Positions 37,498 to 45,891 of a stretch of DNA of 54,815 bases are shown piece by piece. This DNA is from a virus (taxonomy: Duplodnaviria; Caudoviricetes), in the IMG/VR virus record IMGVR_UViG_3300024999_000137, positions 1 to 54,815 of that record, one strand, 5' to 3'. The translations under genes and the position numbers were made by a program. The notes under the pieces were generated by a model. That model worked only from the letters and a program-made list of their open reading frames with translations. It was not told the origin of the DNA and ran no database searches. The first letter of the stretch is position 1. Every line of letters begins with the position of its first letter.

Positions 37498-37887
37498 CTA
37501 TAGCTCCTGCGTCGTGATGATTTTTTCTTCCACCTCGACGCCTCTCGCCACCAGCTCACCCATTATTCCGGTAAGGACGGTGGTGATGCCTTTGGCCATG
37601 CTCTTCTGTCCAGCGACCAACGGGACGAATGGCGCATTGGTCAAGATGATGATTTTGTCAACCGGCTTGCCCTCTTTATTCCTTTCCAGCCACTTCCTGA
37701 TTGCTCTTGGCACTGTCACGCCCTCGACGACATCAACAGCCGCATCATCGAACCAGAGGCTAGCTGCCTCGCTTGATTCGCTCCATCCAAGCGGTATCAG
37801 ATCGTCGGTGTGGCGGACGTTACCAGGAAGAGTTTCGGAAAATGTCGTCTTGCCGGATTTCGGCGCACCTGTAATCGCTATTCTCAT
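37498..37887 (-). CDS. small P-loop NTPase (nucleotide-kinase-like)
   Basis: RIAITGAPKSGKTT, HTDD, VVEGV...RAIRKW. Confidence 0.8.
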   Translation of the reverse strand: MRIAITGAPKSGKTTFSETLPGNVRHTDDLIPLGWSESSEAASLWFDDAAVDVVEGVTVPRAIRKWLERNKEGKPVDKIIILTNAPFVPLVAGQKSMAKGITTVLTGIMGELVARGVEVEEKIITTQEL

Positions 37888-38165
37888 TTCGCACTTCCCT
37901 TGGCCAGGAGGTCGGCCATGAATCGTCGGTTGTGCTCCTCATGGAGCTGGGCGGCCACATCAACCTCTTCCTCTTCATCCTGCGGGTCATCGAAGGAGGA
38001 AGCCCCTTGCACATCTGCATAGCCGACGCTGCCACTCGTTGGAGTCAGCAGCGGCGCACCGTCACGTTTTGTCTTGTAGACCAGCAAGCCGGCAACCACG
38101 GCACCGGCCAGGGCCAGCAGCCCGCCGACGAGCACCGCAACAATCAGCATCCATCCTGTAATCAT
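37884..38165 (-). CDS. membrane-anchored hypothetical protein
   Basis: N-terminal hydrophobic segment and acidic tail; TGATG overlap with the terminase stop. Confidence 0.7.
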   Translation of the reverse strand: MITGWMLIVAVLVGGLLALAGAVVAGLLVYKTKRDGAPLLTPTSGSVGYADVQGASSFDDPQDEEEEVDVAAQLHEEHNRRFMADLLAKGSAK

Positions 38166-39550
38166 CAATCGTAATCTCCTGTTGGGTCCATAATCACGGC
38201 CATGTTGCCTCCGTCCTGCATCTGACCGGTAATGATCGCCCAATCGCGCTCTGCTTCGGTCATCTGGTCTTCCGGGACAACGGAGTCCATACCAGTCACC
38301 GGGACGGCGAATGTCAGGGCCAGGGAATCCCCGTAGTCCGGGGACCGCTTCAGCCGCTTCTTGATCAAGTCTTTCTTTTCCAGCAGCAGCCTGTCCTTGT
38401 CATCCACCCCATGGCCGATGACGGACAGATCCATCTTGAGCTTGCCGTGATCGGGGATGGAGCCATTGGCCGTGAGCCACAACCGGCAGAGGTCGTACAT
38501 CTCAGCGCGGCGGTTGGCATACTTGATGGGGTCAAGAGCAGCCTCGCCGAACTTGACGCCCATCACATCGAAGCCCATCATCTGCAGGGCCGCTATGACG
38601 CCGGTGCCATAGCCGTAGTCGATGTTGACCTGGTCGGGCTTCAGTTCCTGAATTACCTTGGCCACTCTGGCAGCCATCACCATGTCGTCGCTGGCTGGGG
38701 CAATCTCGATAGGCGGATAGGAATGATCGCCCTGGCGCAGAGTGCAGACCGTTGGATCTCCGGACCAGCCCACATCGACCCCGAGAATCTTCGGCATGCT
38801 TCGGTAGGCCGTGAACGGGATGGTGCGCTTGATGGCGGCAGCGATGACAATGGCGGAAATCAGGACAGAGTCATCGATATCCATGAACTTGCCGTTGATC
38901 TCCTGTTCTACGATCTCTTCCGTCATCTCGGCCACCATCTCATCGATGTCCGATTTCCCGACAAGCGGGTTGTCGTAGGTTGTGAAATGGAAAACGTCGT
39001 GCTCAGGATTCTGCATGGCCTTGCACACCAGCTCGTAATACTTGTGCGGCTCACCCTTGAACCGCTTACCCTTGGGTGTGCCGCCGATGATTGCCACGCT
39101 CTTGGGATTGTCCAGGAGCATGGGGCGGACAGCGTTGTCCCACAGGTACGCGTTGCGAAGGATGATGCCAGCCTCGTTGAGTATGATGAGGTCGTAGCCG
39201 AATCCCTCCCAGTTTTCCGGGCGGTCGGCAGAACGGAAATCACAGGTGCGCTCGTTGATGACGAGCATCCGCTCCTGTTTCTTCCACTGCCAGCAGCCTT
39301 CCGGGAGCTGCTTGAGGATCGGCATGAAATACCGATCCATGTACTTGTCGATGTTGCTGGCGATGGTGTCGCCCCACATGCAGCGGGCGAACGTCCCGTC
39401 AAACAGCCACTCGCAAACCGCTTGAGCCGCTCCCCTGGTGAATCCCAGGCGGCGGCCCTTGTGAACGAGGCGGCGGCGGCTTTCGCTCTCAAAGAATACC
39501 TTGTGCTGCCACGGCAGGTAGGCGATATCGACTGGGTAAGATTTGGCCAT
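38165..39550 (-). CDS. terL: terminase large subunit
   Basis: KGRRLGFT Walker A variant, IILNEAG Walker B, GGTPKG, nuclease motifs LGVDVG and SPDYGDSLALTF. Confidence 0.95.
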   Translation of the reverse strand: MAKSYPVDIAYLPWQHKVFFESESRRRLVHKGRRLGFTRGAAQAVCEWLFDGTFARCMWGDTIASNIDKYMDRYFMPILKQLPEGCWQWKKQERMLVINERTCDFRSADRPENWEGFGYDLIILNEAGIILRNAYLWDNAVRPMLLDNPKSVAIIGGTPKGKRFKGEPHKYYELVCKAMQNPEHDVFHFTTYDNPLVGKSDIDEMVAEMTEEIVEQEINGKFMDIDDSVLISAIVIAAAIKRTIPFTAYRSMPKILGVDVGWSGDPTVCTLRQGDHSYPPIEIAPASDDMVMAARVAKVIQELKPDQVNIDYGYGTGVIAALQMMGFDVMGVKFGEAALDPIKYANRRAEMYDLCRLWLTANGSIPDHGKLKMDLSVIGHGVDDKDRLLLEKKDLIKKRLKRSPDYGDSLALTFAVPVTGMDSVVPEDQMTEAERDWAIITGQMQDGGNMAVIMDPTGDYD

Positions 39551-39653
39551 TACCTAACACTTCTCCATCATGGTATCCACCGCCGGGCGCATTGTCATCC
39601 GCGCCTTGGCATTGTTGGCTTTCCGAAAACAGCCGAAAACGAGAAATGCTCCA

Positions 39654-40097
39654 TCAGCCACGGATAATCCTCCGGGTGAAAACAACCTCGACAGCACCAT
39701 CCACTTCCAGCTTGTCGCTGAAAAGCTTGATGTGCTTACCCAACAGTTCACACCCTTTCATCACAGAGCTTGGGTCGAACTTCCATTCCCCTGTCGGGTT
39801 TCCCTCGCGGTCAAAGACCTGCATCCCCTGTCTGCATCGCTCCACGGTGTCTTTGATCGTCCCGAGGACATATTCCGCCGTAATCTCTGTTTTCTCGGAC
39901 CTTTTTGCCATCAATCGCTGAATTTCGGCCTGAATGTCGGCAATCGTCAACAAACGCTGCCCTTGAGATCTCGCAGTTTTTATGCTGTACCCTGTCCTGA
40001 TTGCCGCCTGCGTAGCGTTTAAATCACATAAATATTCCTCCACAAATCGTCGTTGTTTCAGGGTGAGTTCTCTCGTTGTGCTCTTTTTATCGCTCAT
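39654..40097 (-). CDS. terS: terminase small subunit
   Basis: LTLKQRRFVEEYLCDLNATQAAIRTGYS..TA...GQRLL; ELLGKHIKLF. Confidence 0.95.
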   Translation of the reverse strand: MSDKKSTTRELTLKQRRFVEEYLCDLNATQAAIRTGYSIKTARSQGQRLLTIADIQAEIQRLMAKRSEKTEITAEYVLGTIKDTVERCRQGMQVFDREGNPTGEWKFDPSSVMKGCELLGKHIKLFSDKLEVDGAVEVVFTRRIIRG

Positions 40098-40162
40098 AGC
40101 CTGGTATGTTACCTGCTCAAGCCGTAAAAATTAAACAAAATAATCACGGCGATAACGAGATG

Positions 40163-40236
40163 TTAGCGCAGCACGTTAATTTATTTTTAATTTCGCGTTA
40201 TTTTGTATTGACGTATTAACTCTGGATGAGTAATAT
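40163..40236 (+). promoter_or_regulatory. sigma70 promoter with upstream repressor-operator copy
   Basis: TTGACG(40208)-17 bp-TAATAT(40231); TTAGCGCA-G-CACGTTAA at 40163-40179. Confidence 0.7.
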
Positions 40237-40297
40237 TACATCAAGACCAGGGCAGCCGGGGACGGCAGAGAGAAACCAAAACAGCGAGGAGACGAAC

Positions 40298-40615
40298 ATG
40301 AAGGCGATAGAAGGCAGAACAGAAAACAGGGAAGAGTGGCTTTGCACCTGCGCAGAAGCGGCCGCGCTCATCAAGAAGGCTCCTAAAGGCAGCCGGTTCC
40401 TAATCCATATCAGGATCGACACCCCTATCATCGATGAGGAAGAAAAATTCTTCCGCTCCGGTGCCAGCGCCTTCACCACAGTTTCCCGCAAAGAGGCAAT
40501 CAGGATCGTGACAGGATCGATAACAAGCACGCTGGAAGGCCGTGGAGCCAGGTTGCCGATCAGGAGCTACAGCTTCACGTCCCACCCAAATACAAAAATC
40601 TACTGGATCGGTTGA
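40298..40615 (+). CDS. hypothetical protein (island gene 1)
   Basis: GAGGAG RBS before ATG 40298. Confidence 0.75.
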   Translation: MKAIEGRTENREEWLCTCAEAAALIKKAPKGSRFLIHIRIDTPIIDEEEKFFRSGASAFTTVSRKEAIRIVTGSITSTLEGRGARLPIRSYSFTSHPNTKIYWIG

Positions 40616-40626
40616 GGAGGGAATCA

Positions 40627-40950
40627 ATGATTAGAATACACAACTTTGAAACGACAGCGGATGCGTATGACGCAACGCAGTGCGACCCTGAGGTGAAAAA
40701 AGGCGACATCCTGATTATCGAAAGTGAGCGCGTCATCGGGATAGCCGACACCTGGCCGGTAGCCGTGACGAGAGAGCACGGGGCATTGCATTGGATTTTA
40801 AAAGGGCGGGCCGGACTGTGCTCGGAGATCGAGGACATCGCAGGTGGCCGCGAGTACGAAAAGAAGTTCCGCCCGGTAGAAAACCCTGAAGAAATCTTCC
40901 TCGCCGTAGAAATCGCCCTCGGCATGAGCAGGATATGGGGGTGGTGGTAA
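40627..40950 (+). CDS. hypothetical protein (island gene 2)
   Basis: GAGGAGG RBS; AYDATQCD..VK.GDILII..E.VIG.ADTWPVAVT...GALH. Confidence 0.8.
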   Translation: MIRIHNFETTADAYDATQCDPEVKKGDILIIESERVIGIADTWPVAVTREHGALHWILKGRAGLCSEIEDIAGGREYEKKFRPVENPEEIFLAVEIALGMSRIWGWW

Positions 40951-41033
40951 TGACCTACATCCTCCCCACAATCGGAATAGTGCTGGCAATCGGAATAATA
41001 GCCCTGGCCATCAAGGTGGCCAAAGGAGGATGA
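40950..41033 (+). CDS. 27-aa single-TM peptide
   Basis: MTYILPTIGIVLAIGIIALAIKVAKGG; TAATG and ATGA overlaps. Confidence 0.65.
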   Translation: MTYILPTIGIVLAIGIIALAIKVAKGG

Positions 41034-41236
41034 TCATGGCAACACCACAGGATGAAATCTACATCGTAGTCAGGGAAAGCGAAGGGAAAGAATGGATTGA
41101 CCTCACATCATGGGGATATGTAGAGCTGACAGCGCGAAATAGCGCAGACAATGTTGACGGCACTATTCCGCAGTGGGCCAAGAAAAACCCGATAGTACGC
41201 ATCGCAAAATTCAAACTGGTCGAGATCAAACCATGA
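41030..41236 (+). CDS. hypothetical protein (68 aa)
   Basis: AAGGAGG RBS; coupled overlaps. Confidence 0.75.
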   Translation: MIMATPQDEIYIVVRESEGKEWIDLTSWGYVELTARNSADNVDGTIPQWAKKNPIVRIAKFKLVEIKP

Positions 41237-41328
41237 AAACCATCATCATGAATCTGGCAATCATAGCCCTTATCTATTGCGCGGGGTTCGCGTGGTTGAT
41301 ACAATTGGCCGAAACTGTAGGCAGATAA
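41233..41328 (+). CDS. 31-aa single-TM peptide
   Basis: MKTIIMNLAIIALIYCAGFAWLIQLAETVGR; ATGA overlap. Confidence 0.6.
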   Translation: MKTIIMNLAIIALIYCAGFAWLIQLAETVGR

Positions 41329-41346
41329 CCATCACAGGAGACAATC

Positions 41347-41850
41347 ATGACAAATCTCAGGATTCATAAATGCGGCAGGATAGATATAGTTTCAAGTGGA
41401 TACGAAGACAGGTTCGCCATGTCTACAACATGGGTGATCTTTGAAAAAAATGACATCAGATATAGAATTGACGGGGATAACTTTCAACACATTGCTGCCT
41501 ATGTAGAGCTGGCAGGCATCCAGGCAGACACTGTGACCGCCGAGAAATACGCTGAAATAGCAGAAAAAATACACAGTATCCCATGGAAAATGAGCGCCAC
41601 ATATCGAGATGGGTTCACAACCGGGTCCATCACCACCACACCAGACCGCATCAACGCGGGCATAAAAATGGCTACAGGGTTTACAGGTCTCAACGAGGTT
41701 GGCATTAGCAGGGCCACAGAGATAGCGAATACCCTTTCACACAACGAATGGCTGGTAATCCGTACTGGCCTGGAGAAAATCAACAAATTACACACAGAAA
41801 TAGGCAAACCTGTTGTCTGTTTCACAATCCCCGATGAGAAACAATCATGA
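41347..41850 (+). CDS. hypothetical protein (167 aa)
   Basis: AGGAG RBS. Confidence 0.75.
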   Translation: MTNLRIHKCGRIDIVSSGYEDRFAMSTTWVIFEKNDIRYRIDGDNFQHIAAYVELAGIQADTVTAEKYAEIAEKIHSIPWKMSATYRDGFTTGSITTTPDRINAGIKMATGFTGLNEVGISRATEIANTLSHNEWLVIRTGLEKINKLHTEIGKPVVCFTIPDEKQS

Positions 41851-42551
41851 CAATCATCATAGTAAGAGGCGGATCTGTAAAACTGTCATTTCCTCGCGTT
41901 GATACCAAACCTGACGGGACTATCTGGATAAATGGATCCCCGCTGCTCGGGATTGAAGACCCGGCAGACAAGGCCAAAGCGCTCAAGGCAGTGACGGCAA
42001 AGCGTTTTGGCGATATCGACCCTAAATATTTCACCCGCATGGGAGAAAACCCCAACGGCTTGTGGGCTGGTACGGTCGAAGAATGGCAGAAGCACCCGGA
42101 CAAGCTGAAAGCTGACGAGCAAGCAGCAGTCGAGAAAAAAGAGCAAGAGAAGATTGTAACAGTCTATCTTTCTTCCCGTGGATGGGGCGATTATTCCCCG
42201 TGTGAATGGCGCGGCGATATTACCAGGCCAGATAATGAGATCCTGGCGGAATGCCGGCACGCCCTGGACAGCGGCCATGATGTTGACAAACATGATCAGA
42301 CCGACGAGCAGTTGCTTGACCTCATCAGCAAGGCTAAAAACAAGTGGATCAGCGCCCCGGCCAGAAAAGCAGCACGGGAAAAAGCAGAAGCTGAAGACAT
42401 CCAGCGAAAAATTGATTCTGGATTTTGCTTTGCCTGCGAGACGTGGTGCCATGGGGATTGTGGCCATTACTCCATCGACCCCATGGTAAAAATGCGGCGC
42501 GATTTGAAAACAGCACAGGCCGAAGAGAATTACGGCATCAACGAGGGGTGA
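41847..42551 (+). CDS. hypothetical protein with C-terminal Cys/His motif
   Basis: ATGA overlap; FCFACETWCHGDCGH. Confidence 0.75.
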   Translation: MTIIIVRGGSVKLSFPRVDTKPDGTIWINGSPLLGIEDPADKAKALKAVTAKRFGDIDPKYFTRMGENPNGLWAGTVEEWQKHPDKLKADEQAAVEKKEQEKIVTVYLSSRGWGDYSPCEWRGDITRPDNEILAECRHALDSGHDVDKHDQTDEQLLDLISKAKNKWISAPARKAAREKAEAEDIQRKIDSGFCFACETWCHGDCGHYSIDPMVKMRRDLKTAQAEENYGINEG

Positions 42552-42552
42552 C

Positions 42553-42732
42553 ATGCCAAACGACAAACCAAAAACAGGCCGTCCGCGCGGCACCACCCGG
42601 CAGAGCAACCCGCAGAGAATCCCGTTCTGCTGCCGGCTGTCGAAGGAGGCGATCTCCTGGCTCCGCGAGCACGGGGATCAGGGGCGGACAATAGAGAAGG
42701 CTATTCGGCAGTACCGTGGGCTGCCGGAATAG
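42553..42732 (+). CDS. 59-aa AT-hook plus ribbon-helix-helix-like DNA-binding protein
   Basis: MPNDKPKTGRPRG...PFCCRLSKEAISWLREHGDQGRTIEKAIRQY; GAGGGG RBS; missed by the ORF track. Confidence 0.7.
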   Translation: MPNDKPKTGRPRGTTRQSNPQRIPFCCRLSKEAISWLREHGDQGRTIEKAIRQYRGLPE

Positions 42733-42742
42733 CCCGCCGCCG

Positions 42743-42778
42743 AATGGGAGCACGGCCAAGCGGCCCGTGCTCCCATTT
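42743..42778. terminator. hairpin between convergent operons
   Basis: AATGGGAGCACGG / CCGTGCTCCCATT. Confidence 0.7.
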
Positions 42779-42819
42779 CGATTATCCAGCTCTCCTCCCT
42801 CCCTGATTATCTCTGTCGG

Positions 42820-43368
42820 TCATCTCGGCGGCCGCCACATGCCGCTGTCCACCCCACGCCGCAAAAGCGAGAGCAACTCAGCGGCAATCATCGGCGCAAT
42901 CTCTTTTTCAATCTCATACGCAGGCCTGGCCATCAACGCACTTACCGAAAGCATGTAGGCCGAATGGCCCTCTCCATCGCCGTACTGGAGATGGATCGCG
43001 GCCTTCATCTCTTCCCTGTGCTCTTGCAGGTAGATATCCAGGGCGTGCACATCGACAAAGCCGGAGCTGAACACATTCGGCACCATGCCACCTCGCACGG
43101 GGAAACATTCTCTTTCCCTGTCTATCGGCATTCTGCGCGTCATCTGCTTCCCGCCCTGACGATGGATAAATTCCCTCGGCGGCAGGCAGGCAGATCCCGT
43201 GCATATTTTCTCGATAATTTCGACGATGCTTCTTGCCTGCGCTTTCAGGTATGCGCGGGTACGCTCCGAATCTTCCAGTCTTGCGCGCTCTGTCTTGTTC
43301 TCTATTTTCAGCCGGGATATCTCTTCCCGGTGCCGCCGCTTTTGGTTTCTTCCGTATCGTTTTGACAT
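42820..43368 (-). CDS. hypothetical protein
   Basis: MSKRYGRNQKRRHRE start; abuts the upstream gene. Confidence 0.75.
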   Translation of the reverse strand: MSKRYGRNQKRRHREEISRLKIENKTERARLEDSERTRAYLKAQARSIVEIIEKICTGSACLPPREFIHRQGGKQMTRRMPIDRERECFPVRGGMVPNVFSSGFVDVHALDIYLQEHREEMKAAIHLQYGDGEGHSAYMLSVSALMARPAYEIEKEIAPMIAAELLSLLRRGVDSGMWRPPR

Positions 43369-43572
43369 TTATTTTTCCTTATGGCCGCCAACCAACATCT
43401 CCGCTATTCTCGGCGCGGTCCTCTGCGCGTAGCTCAAGGCAACGTCCAAACTCATACAACGAGCGGCATTGCACCCAGCGGCATACGCGTCACGCAGTGC
43501 CAGCTCCAAGGCCCCGCGCTTATCATCAGGCCAATCAGTATGTTTTTTTGCCATCAGCTCATCCTTGGTCAT
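43369..43572 (-). CDS. hypothetical protein
   Basis: GGAGGAG RBS before ATG 43572. Confidence 0.6.
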   Translation of the reverse strand: MTKDELMAKKHTDWPDDKRGALELALRDAYAAGCNAARCMSLDVALSYAQRTAPRIAEMLVGGHKEK

Positions 43573-44050
43573 GGTTCTTGTCTCCTCCCGTACAAAATTG
43601 AGAGCGGCCCCACTCCAACAGCCACCGGGCATCGCTCTCGTTATCGTCAATCGGCTCCCGGCCCCACTTCGCCCGGTAAGCCGCCATCATCTCCACCTTG
43701 CTGGCGTTCCCTTTGCCTGTGGCAAACAATTTCAGCGTCGAAGATGGGCAATCAGCATACTCGATGCCCATCTTCTCGGCGGTCCCGGCCAAGTAGGCCA
43801 GCATCCCGTTCAGCACCTCGTTGGCTGCCCGGCCCCTAGCGTGAGGCCGCTCGTAGACAATCACGCGGGGTGAGACGCTCCGGCAGATCTCCGACAGCCA
43901 GGCCTCGAACCGGATGAAGATCATCCCCCGGCTGTCTCCCGCCCGCTTCCGGAAATTCTCCACGCCGGACGTGGCCACACCAGACGGCCCGGATGTCGCC
44001 CACCCTGTTTTCGTCGCCATGTCTAGGGCGAGAATTGTGTTCATAGCCAT
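43559..44050 (-). CDS. RuvC-like Holliday junction resolvase
   Basis: ILALDMATKTGWA, IVYE, LKLFATGKGNASK, DDNESDA. Confidence 0.85.
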   Translation of the reverse strand: MAMNTILALDMATKTGWATSGPSGVATSGVENFRKRAGDSRGMIFIRFEAWLSEICRSVSPRVIVYERPHARGRAANEVLNGMLAYLAGTAEKMGIEYADCPSSTLKLFATGKGNASKVEMMAAYRAKWGREPIDDNESDARWLLEWGRSQFCTGGDKNHDQG

Positions 44051-44454
44051 CAGAAGGGGACTTCATCGCTGAATCCAGAGTCTTCCGGCATCGGCGGCTC
44101 TTCCCGGCTCCCTCCCGCGCCATCTCCGCCCTTCGAGCCAAGCATCTTCATCTCCTTGGCCACGATCTCCGTGGTGTATCGCTTATTGCCGTCCTTGTCC
44201 TCCCACTGGCGGGTCTGGATGCGGCCTTCGATGTAGACCTTGGAGCCTTTGCCTAAATATTCCCCGCACACTTCGGCCAGCCTGGCAAATGCTGACACCC
44301 GGTGCCACTCTGTTTTTTCCTGCGCCTGGCCGTCCTTGTCTTTCCATTTCTCCGTGGTAGCCACATTGAAGTTGGCTATCGCCGTTCCGCTCTGGGTGTA
44401 GCGCACGTCCACATCTCCACCTAAATTCCCGATAATGATTGCCTTGTTTACCAT
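44050..44454 (-). CDS. ssb: single-stranded DNA-binding protein
   Basis: [32 protein letters not shown], acidic DEVPF tail. Confidence 0.97.
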   Translation of the reverse strand: MVNKAIIIGNLGGDVDVRYTQSGTAIANFNVATTEKWKDKDGQAQEKTEWHRVSAFARLAEVCGEYLGKGSKVYIEGRIQTRQWEDKDGNKRYTTEIVAKEMKMLGSKGGDGAGGSREEPPMPEDSGFSDEVPF

Positions 44455-44500
44455 AACTCCCTCTTTGTTTATGGCTCAAATCGTGCCATGTTTTATTTAT

Positions 44501-44539
44501 AGCTCACTGCCCAATCCAGAAGGCAAGGGACAGTGAGCT
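44501..44539. other. inverted repeat closing the antirepressor cassette
   Basis: AGCTCACTG (44501-44509) / CAGTGAGCT (44531-44539). Confidence 0.45.
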
Positions 44540-44549
44540 CCTCTCTCCG

Positions 44550-44798
44550 TTAAACCGGCTTCTCCATCCCGGCCAGCTCCGCCATACTCCCCAGCCGCAT
44601 ATCGACAAAGGTGGAGAGTACTTCAATGCCGTTCATCAGGCTGTGCTTGATAAAGCCGTTGCCGCGCAGTGAGTTGTCGCTGCCGGCGTCGTCTTCATCT
44701 TCCAGGATTTTTTCTAAAACCTTGCCAATGCCCATCATGGCAGTATTGGCCCGGTTCAGGTCTTCGATAATCAACTTGAGGTCGTTGGACTTGATCAT
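44550..44798 (-). CDS. hypothetical protein downstream of the antirepressor
   Basis: ATGA overlap with ant. Confidence 0.7.
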   Translation of the reverse strand: MIKSNDLKLIIEDLNRANTAMMGIGKVLEKILEDEDDAGSDNSLRGNGFIKHSLMNGIEVLSTFVDMRLGSMAELAGMEKPV

Positions 44799-45583
44799 GC
44801 CGTTGCCCCCTGCGCGAAAACCTGAGCGAGCTTGGCAAGGCCTTTCGGGGTAATTAAGACGTGCTCGGTTATTTTCTTGGTGCCGTCACCTCTCGTTACC
44901 TCAGTGACTTTGTGCTCAACAAGGCCTTGCTGCACCTTGTCCTGATACCCAAGCCACCCTTTGCCGCCAGCCCGACGATAAATCCACTTGGCAACCCCGG
45001 AAAGATACGGGAAGAGGACAACTTGCGGCTGCACCTGCAGAACCTTGGCCGCGTCGGTGATACACATGGAAGATGCTGTAGCTGTAGCAATCAGGTCAAG
45101 GGCCGTGGCCTTGGGCAGGAGGATTTTCTTTTCCTCCTCAAGGTCAAGCACTTTGGTGGTGTAGGTCAGCAGCAGGCCGCGCATGGCTGCAGGATCGTTA
45201 AGGTAGGCCATCGGGTCAATGGTTTGCTTGGCTTGGCGCTCGCAAGCCAGGAAGTACAAACGGGCCTCTTTGCCCTTGTCGTTGCGCTCGACCATGGACA
45301 GTTCTTTGGCCATGTCCAGGGTCAGGTGGTATTCGGTAATCTTCTGCGCCCTGGCTTTTGGGCTTCCCGAAGTTGGGGTGCTCAAGTCTTCCACAACTAC
45401 GAAGTCTTGCCCTTCGGCAAAGCCGAACTGCCCAATGCGGTCTTTGACCCAATCTGTAAACTTCTTTCCAATCTCAAGGAAGGCGTGAAGGTCTCGGGCG
45501 TTTACCGTGTTGGCCTGCTGGCCGTCAATCTGGTCTTTGGTGATGGGGATTAATGCAGTGGTGGGAATATTGACGTTGCTCAT
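44795..45583 (-). CDS. ant: antirepressor (AntA/AntB plus KilAC/ANT)
   Basis: VNARDLHAFLE..F.DW...GF.EG.DF, YHLTLDMAKELSMVERN.KG..AR.YF; C-terminal ITDAAK.LQ...ITPKGLAKL. Confidence 0.93.
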   Translation of the reverse strand: MSNVNIPTTALIPITKDQIDGQQANTVNARDLHAFLEIGKKFTDWVKDRIGQFGFAEGQDFVVVEDLSTPTSGSPKARAQKITEYHLTLDMAKELSMVERNDKGKEARLYFLACERQAKQTIDPMAYLNDPAAMRGLLLTYTTKVLDLEEEKKILLPKATALDLIATATASSMCITDAAKVLQVQPQVVLFPYLSGVAKWIYRRAGGKGWLGYQDKVQQGLVEHKVTEVTRGDGTKKITEHVLITPKGLAKLAQVFAQGATA

Positions 45584-45640
45584 TGGTCTACCTCCGTATA
45601 GGAAGGTTGATAAGACCCAGCTTTCGCCGTCAAAACGAAA

Positions 45641-45716
45641 AATGGGCAGGAAGAGGGGATTGACGTGCCGCTATACGGAGCGGTGAACCTTGCGGTTCTC
45701 CCCCCAACCTGCCCAA
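45641..45716 (-). ncRNA. C4-like antisense RNA (P1 c4 / P4 CI type)
   Basis: Closing stem TGGGCAGG/CCTGCCCA, internal GAACC-GCAA-GGTTC hairpin, and CCGTATA and CGTCAA segments complementary to upstream and downstream targets. Confidence 0.75.
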
Positions 45717-45837
45717 AGAGAGCAAGAATGGATGCGGGCAAAAAAATACCCCCTTGAATAATCTTGGAGGTGGTTTTCTTTCCCACCGTATACCTGGACG
45801 TCAACCCAGTACGCAGTATATCTGCTGCGTTGGCGTC

Positions 45838-45867
45838 ACGATAGTTTATGCTCTGCGACTTTGTCAA
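45838..45867 (-). promoter_or_regulatory. promoter of the c4-ant cassette
   Basis: TTGACA-18 bp-TATCGT on the minus strand. Confidence 0.5.
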
Positions 45868-45891
45868 CATAAAATTTCCTTTGCGCGGCAC

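Noticed and set aside
39430-39470. Inactive terminase because Walker A lacks GKT (KGRRLGFT) and Walker B is LNE
   Set aside because: Deviant Walker A motifs with an N-terminal Lys are known in terminases, and the other motifs are intact.
38411-39667. Long antisense ORFs opposite terL (also 8490-9593, 12627-13598, 35618-36715)
   Set aside because: Expected shadows of GC-rich coding sequence; no recognisable motifs or operon context.
45580-45891. 103-aa ash-like protein gene
   Set aside because: It overlaps the promoter, targets and C4-like RNA. Its conservation is better explained by the RNA, although translation cannot be excluded.
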